Positions 59,494 through 64,000 of a stretch of DNA of 64,000 nucleotides are shown piece by piece (the stretch's first letter is position 1; each line of letters starts with the position of its first letter). The position numbers were made by a program, and so were the translations under genes. This DNA is from Chloroflexota bacterium (GTDB taxonomy: Bacteria > Chloroflexota > UBA11872 > VXOZ01). The DNA lies in the NCBI GenBank assembly GCA_965221905.1, contig OZ244922.1:2080001-2144000 (forward strand), given 5' to 3'. Below the pieces are notes generated by a model that was not told where the DNA came from, did no database searches, and worked only from the letters and a program-made list of their open reading frames with translations.

Positions 59494-61892
59494 TATCATC
59501 ACCCCTTGAAACTCCGTTTGCCGAGATTGCAGTGGACGTGCTCAACGTCCCTGCCGACAAAACTTATCACTACGCCATTCCCGATCACCTGCGAGACTTA
59601 GTGGCTCCTGGAATAATGGTGCTCGTGGGATTCGGGGACCGCATCATCGAGGGCCTCGTGGTATCCGGCAGCGATACGTCCCCTGTCGACGACGTCCGCG
59701 AAGTCATGGACGTCGTGGCCGAGAGTGCGCTCCTTACACCAGTGCAGATCGCGCTTGCCCGCCGAATATCCAGCTACTATCTCGCATCCCCCATGAAAGT
59801 CATAGGGCCCATGCTCCCGCCGGGCCTGCGCGAGCGCGTGAGGCGCTGGTCGAGACTGGACCCGCTTGTAGACTTGCCGGAGGACGTGGCTACTACCCCG
59901 AGAGAGCGCCTTTTCCTGGAAACGCTGCGGAGCGAAGGTGAAGTCGCTCACGACCGACTGAAGCAACTAGCCGGGCCGACGGTGTTCCCACGGATGCAGC
60001 GTCGCTTGGAGCGCCTGGGTGCGGTGCATCTGCGCGTCGCCTTGAACCCCGTTAAGCCGCCGCCCTTGAGAGACCAGTGGGTCGAAAGCCTTTCGTCCAC
60101 AAAGGAAGCCGAGCCGCTCTTAACGCGTATGCGATCACAGCGAAAGCTCCTGCGAGCCTTGGAGTCCTACGGCAAGGGCGTTTTGGTTCGCACCCTCCTC
60201 GAGGAGACCGGGGCGGGCGCGGCCTCGCTGCGCGCGCTGGAGGACAAAGGACTGGTGCGCCTCTCCACCCAGTATCGAAACAAAAGCGACGAAACGCAGC
60301 CAGGCGCATTGCCGCGACTGGGATCCCCTCAGCAACAACGCGCCTGGGAAGCCATTGCGGAGTTTATGTCTAGTAAAGACCAGCACTCTCCTGCTCATTC
60401 CATGGTAGTAATGTCCGGCTGTGCCGCGGGCGCCGACAACGAGACTTGGGCGCTCTACGCGCACGCTGTTGCGCAAGCGCACAAGAGCGGCTCCCAAGCA
60501 TTGATCCTTGCGCCAAATAACTATGCCGCGCAGCGGATCGCGCAAGCGCTCGAGAGCTTCTTCCCGGATCACGTGTTGCCCTGGCATGGTGCGTTGCGAC
60601 CGGCCCGACGCCGAGCCGCTTGGGAGCGGGTGCAGCGCGATGACCCGGTCATAGTAGTTGGTACACGTTCGGCGGTATTGCTTCCCTATCAGTCGCTCGG
60701 CTTGGTATTGGTCGACAATGAGCACGAAGACTCTTACAAGAACTCGGAGAGCCCCCGCTTTCATGCGGTTACCGCCGCCGGTTGGCTTGCAGAGAGTTTC
60801 GCCGCGCCCATGCTGCTGTTTTCGCATACGCCGCGCGTGACCACGTATGCTGAGGTTGAGAGCGGTCAGGCGCACTTCACCCGCGCAACTGACGTCACTC
60901 CCACCGCGAATATCATCGACATGCGCACTGCTCGCCACGTTGGACCCCGTCAGATCATCAGCCGCGAGCTACGGGACGCGATAACTAACGCACTTGAAGC
61001 ACGCCGGCCTGTGGTGCTGCTGCAGAACCGGCGTGGCGCTGCTACCCATGCGCTCTGCCCGAAGTGCGGGCATCTCATTCAATGCCGGAATTGCAGCGTG
61101 CCGCTGGTGCAGCATCGGGCGAGTGGGGTCATGCGCTGCCACCGTTGCGGCGCAGAATCGCCAATCCTTACACAATGCCCGCGGTGCGAGAACCAGCTTC
61201 GCTTTCGCGGCGTCGGATCACAAGCTGTAGAAATCGAGATGCGTCGAATCTTCCCTGCCGCCCGGATCGCGCGCTGGGATAGTGACGTGATGGGCGAAAA
61301 GGATGAATCAAACCCTCTAGCCGCTCTCCGAGAGGGCAAGCTGGACATCCTCATTGGAACCGCGGCCGTCCTAATCGAACCCTTGCCCGTCGGCCTCTAC
61401 GCCGTCGTATCCGCAGACACAGCGCTTCACTTGCCTGACTACCGGGCCTCGGAGCGGACATACCAACTCTTGCGGCGCATCGGTTTCATGGCTGCACAAG
61501 CGCAGGCAGAGATGCTCGTTCAAACGTACACACCTGAAAGCCTCCCCTTGCGCGCCTTGAAGATTGGTCGATACTTGTGGTTCTACCGCAAGAACGTCGC
61601 AGAACGAACAGGCGCTTTTCCTCCAAGTGTGGAAATGGCGGTCTTGCTTTACCAAGACCGCAATCTGGAGCGCGCCGCAGAATCGGCGGTCGCTTTGGTA
61701 CAATGTCTTCAGGAGACCATCGACCGTGACCGCCAGGCGGTCGAGCTCTTGGGACCGGCGCCCGCCTTTCCCGAACGTGTACGCGGGCTCTACCGTTGGC
61801 ATGTTATGGTGCGTGGCAGATGCATTCACGATCTCCTGGTTCACGTACCACCAGGGTGGATTATCGACGTAGACCCGGTCAGTGTGTTGTAG
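59490..61892 (+). CDS. priA: Primosomal protein N' (PriA) with degenerate helicase motifs
   Basis: 3'-DNA-binding N-terminus (YHYAIP...G..V.V.FG), four CxxC pairs, PDYRASER, QTY.P, GPAPA, IDVDP; GTGA overlap with gmk; gmk-priA-def-fmt synteny. Confidence 0.9.
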   Translation: MISSPLETPFAEIAVDVLNVPADKTYHYAIPDHLRDLVAPGIMVLVGFGDRIIEGLVVSGSDTSPVDDVREVMDVVAESALLTPVQIALARRISSYYLASPMKVIGPMLPPGLRERVRRWSRLDPLVDLPEDVATTPRERLFLETLRSEGEVAHDRLKQLAGPTVFPRMQRRLERLGAVHLRVALNPVKPPPLRDQWVESLSSTKEAEPLLTRMRSQRKLLRALESYGKGVLVRTLLEETGAGAASLRALEDKGLVRLSTQYRNKSDETQPGALPRLGSPQQQRAWEAIAEFMSSKDQHSPAHSMVVMSGCAAGADNETWALYAHAVAQAHKSGSQALILAPNNYAAQRIAQALESFFPDHVLPWHGALRPARRRAAWERVQRDDPVIVVGTRSAVLLPYQSLGLVLVDNEHEDSYKNSESPRFHAVTAAGWLAESFAAPMLLFSHTPRVTTYAEVESGQAHFTRATDVTPTANIIDMRTARHVGPRQIISRELRDAITNALEARRPVVLLQNRRGAATHALCPKCGHLIQCRNCSVPLVQHRASGVMRCHRCGAESPILTQCPRCENQLRFRGVGSQAVEIEMRRIFPAARIARWDSDVMGEKDESNPLAALREGKLDILIGTAAVLIEPLPVGLYAVVSADTALHLPDYRASERTYQLLRRIGFMAAQAQAEMLVQTYTPESLPLRALKIGRYLWFYRKNVAERTGAFPPSVEMAVLLYQDRNLERAAESAVALVQCLQETIDRDRQAVELLGPAPAFPERVRGLYRWHVMVRGRCIHDLLVHVPPGWIIDVDPVSVL

Positions 61893-61922
61893 ACACTCAT
61901 TTTCAAGGCTGGAATAACCAAC

Positions 61923-62426
61923 GTGGCCGTGAGAAATGTTCTTCAGCTAGGCAGTGAAACACTGCGTGAGAAAGCCAAACCTGTTTCCAAGGGCATGCGG
62001 GGGCTGCGAAAGCTCACGGATGATATGTTCACCACCATGGACGACGCTTCGGGCGTGGGTTTGGCTGCTCCGCAAGTCGGCGTGCCTTTGCGCGTGATCG
62101 TAGTTGACGCCGATGAAGTACGGATGGCTCTCGTCAACCCTGAAATTGTCAAGACTTCGGAAGAGACTATCCTGGACGAGGAGGGTTGTCTTTCTTACGT
62201 CTCCTACTATGGCCCGGTGAGCCGGTATCAAAGCGTTGTCGTCAAGGGCAGGTCGCTCGAGTGGAAGAAGGTGCGCATCCGCGCTGAAGACCTCTTGGCG
62301 CGCGTATTTCAGCATGAGATCGACCACTTGAACGGTACACTCTTTGTAGATCGTGTCGAAGACCCTGAGGAAATCCGCCGCGCTGACCCTGAAGCGGAGC
62401 CGGAAACTCCAATCGAAGACTATTAG
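61923..62426 (+). CDS. def: Peptide deformylase
   Basis: GVGLAAPQVG, EGCLS, QHEIDHL. Confidence 0.97.
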   Translation: MAVRNVLQLGSETLREKAKPVSKGMRGLRKLTDDMFTTMDDASGVGLAAPQVGVPLRVIVVDADEVRMALVNPEIVKTSEETILDEEGCLSYVSYYGPVSRYQSVVVKGRSLEWKKVRIRAEDLLARVFQHEIDHLNGTLFVDRVEDPEEIRRADPEAEPETPIEDY

Positions 62427-62435
62427 GAAGTCGAG

Positions 62436-63434
62436 ATGCGTGTCATTTTTTGCGGCACCGCCGCTTTCGCCGTACCCAGCTTGCACGCCCTCGCGCAACA
62501 TCACGACGTTGTCCTGGTGGTGACCCAGCAGGACCGACCGGCAGGACGCGGCCGCAGACGGAAAATGCCGGCGGTAAAACAAGCGGCTGCCGAATACGAT
62601 CTCCCCGTCATACAGCCGCGCTCCCTGCGCAGGGATTCCGTGGTCTCAGAACTCGCGGCGGCGGCTCCCGACCTCATCGTCGTTGCAGCCTACGGCAAGA
62701 TACTGCCGGCGGCGGTTCTCGACCTGCCGCCGCGCGGGTGCCTGAACGTGCACGCTTCTCTCCTGCCCCGTCACCGCGGAGCTGCACCTGTGACCGCAGC
62801 CATTCTCGCCGGTGACCCTGAGACGGGCGTGACAATCATGCAAATGGACGAGGGTCTTGATACCGGCCCAATCCTCAGGCAACAATCACTGCGCCTTTCG
62901 GGAGAAGAGATCACGTCTGCATTGACAACTGCTCTTGCTCAGCTTGGCGCCGATCTCCTCATTCCAACACTCGATGAATTGATCGCCGGACGTGTCAAAG
63001 CACAAGCGCAAGATAGCGCCAGAGCCACGTATGCTCCGCTCCTGAGCAAAGATGACGGCATTGTGCAGTGGGATCAAGATGCAGAATCCATTTGTCGCCA
63101 TGTGCGAGCCATGCAGCCGTGGCCGGGTGCGGTGACGCTTTGGGACGATCGGCAGCTCAAAGTCCTTCGCGCGCGCGCCATAACGCGTGAGAATGATGAA
63201 GCGCCGGGCTCAGTAATCAGGCATCAGGAGAAGCTCGCCGTGGTCGCGGGCTCCGGAGTCGTCTTGCTTGAAGAAGTGCAACTGGCCGGCAAGCGGGCGA
63301 TGCCCGCCGCCGATTTCCTCCACGGCTACGATAGCATCATCGGCACGGTGCTCCGTGGGCCGGCATGGTATCATGACACTGAAACATCGGCAGTCTCCCG
63401 CGATGAAAGTGGTGCCGATTTACCTCCACAATAG
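62436..63434 (+). CDS. fmt: Methionyl-tRNA formyltransferase
   Basis: VVTQ.DRPAGRG, NVHASLLPRHRGAAP, GLDTG, PWPG. Confidence 0.97.
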   Translation: MRVIFCGTAAFAVPSLHALAQHHDVVLVVTQQDRPAGRGRRRKMPAVKQAAAEYDLPVIQPRSLRRDSVVSELAAAAPDLIVVAAYGKILPAAVLDLPPRGCLNVHASLLPRHRGAAPVTAAILAGDPETGVTIMQMDEGLDTGPILRQQSLRLSGEEITSALTTALAQLGADLLIPTLDELIAGRVKAQAQDSARATYAPLLSKDDGIVQWDQDAESICRHVRAMQPWPGAVTLWDDRQLKVLRARAITRENDEAPGSVIRHQEKLAVVAGSGVVLLEEVQLAGKRAMPAADFLHGYDSIIGTVLRGPAWYHDTETSAVSRDESGADLPPQ

Positions 63435-63483
63435 GGCGAAGGGACGGGGAATTCCGCATTAGCGGTACGTGAGGCATAGTCGA

Positions 63484-64000
63484 ATGGATGATCCGCTAGG
63501 GTTGGGGCTTCCACCTACAGAGACTGAGATTCAGGTAACAGATGACATTGGAGCCCTGGTGAGTGTGATGCCACCGCGGATCCGGCGTTCCTTGGAAGCA
63601 ATCGATGACGCGTCCGACCTGCTTGAAATTGTCCTGGATCTTGGACGAAAACCGGAAGCGCGCTTTCTCAAGCGTGAAGCTGTCCTCGACGACAGAGAAC
63701 TGACGGCAGACGACATTACCTTCGTCATTTCTCGGTTGGGTGCATTCACAAACGATAACCGCGCCGGCATTCCTCGGACGCTTCACCGCATTTCAGCCAT
63801 CCGCAACCGCAGGGGAGACATCGTCGGCCTGACTTGCCGCATCGGGCGGGCCGTGTTCGGAACGATTGAGATCATTCGCGACCTGGTTGAGACCGGCAAA
63901 AGCCCGCTGTTGCTAGGCAGCCCGGGCGTGGGGAAGACAACGCTCCTGCGCGATGTTGCCCGCGTGCTTGCCGACGAATTGCACAAACGCGTAGTGGTAG
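63484..64000 (+). CDS. Ycf45/SpoIIIAA-like AAA ATPase (R3H-associated family); partial at the right edge
   Basis: Hand translation: LLEIVLDLGRKPEARF...NRAGIPRTLHRISAIRNR...GLTCRIGRAV...GSPGVGKTTLLRD. Confidence 0.9.
   Translation, partial: MDDPLGLGLPPTETEIQVTDDIGALVSVMPPRIRRSLEAIDDASDLLEIVLDLGRKPEARFLKREAVLDDRELTADDITFVISRLGAFTNDNRAGIPRTLHRISAIRNRRGDIVGLTCRIGRAVFGTIEIIRDLVETGKSPLLLGSPGVGKTTLLRDVARVLADELHKRVVV

Overview
Bacterial chromosomal window of moderately high GC. Gene content and style suggest a monoderm, probably Chloroflexota; this is inference only. No transposases, integrases, CRISPR arrays or rRNA were seen. Housekeeping blocks: F1Fo ATP synthase operon followed by murA-mreB; yebC-ruvCAB; tRNA-Gly(GCC)-tig; rsgA-gmk-priA-def-fmt-ycf45-like ATPase. 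Scattered surface-glycan genes: rfbD, rfbB, an MraY/TagO-like transferase, and a GT2 plus GT-C pair. The most unusual items are: (1) a minus-strand nitrogen/signalling locus at 1-8756, made of amtB with an in-frame TAA, a PII protein lacking most nucleotide/2-oxoglutarate-binding residues, a complete STAS / REC-PP2C / RsbW-like partner switch coupled to an orphan solute-binding lipoprotein and a TorS-like kinase, and a circularly permuted ATP-grasp gene; (2) a beta-less, N-terminally shortened nitrile hydratase alpha-like protein with an intact CTPCSCY motif, heading a run of LigC-like dehydrogenase, CehA/McbA-type hydrolase, archease, RtcB and an AIR-synthase-like gene; (3) a PriA with degenerate ATPase motifs; (4) a membrane glycosyltransferase gene whose 3' half is extremely C-rich and G-poor; (5) an exported protein with a duplicated, Cys-bounded 47-aa module. 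All family calls come from motif recognition by eye; no database searches were run.
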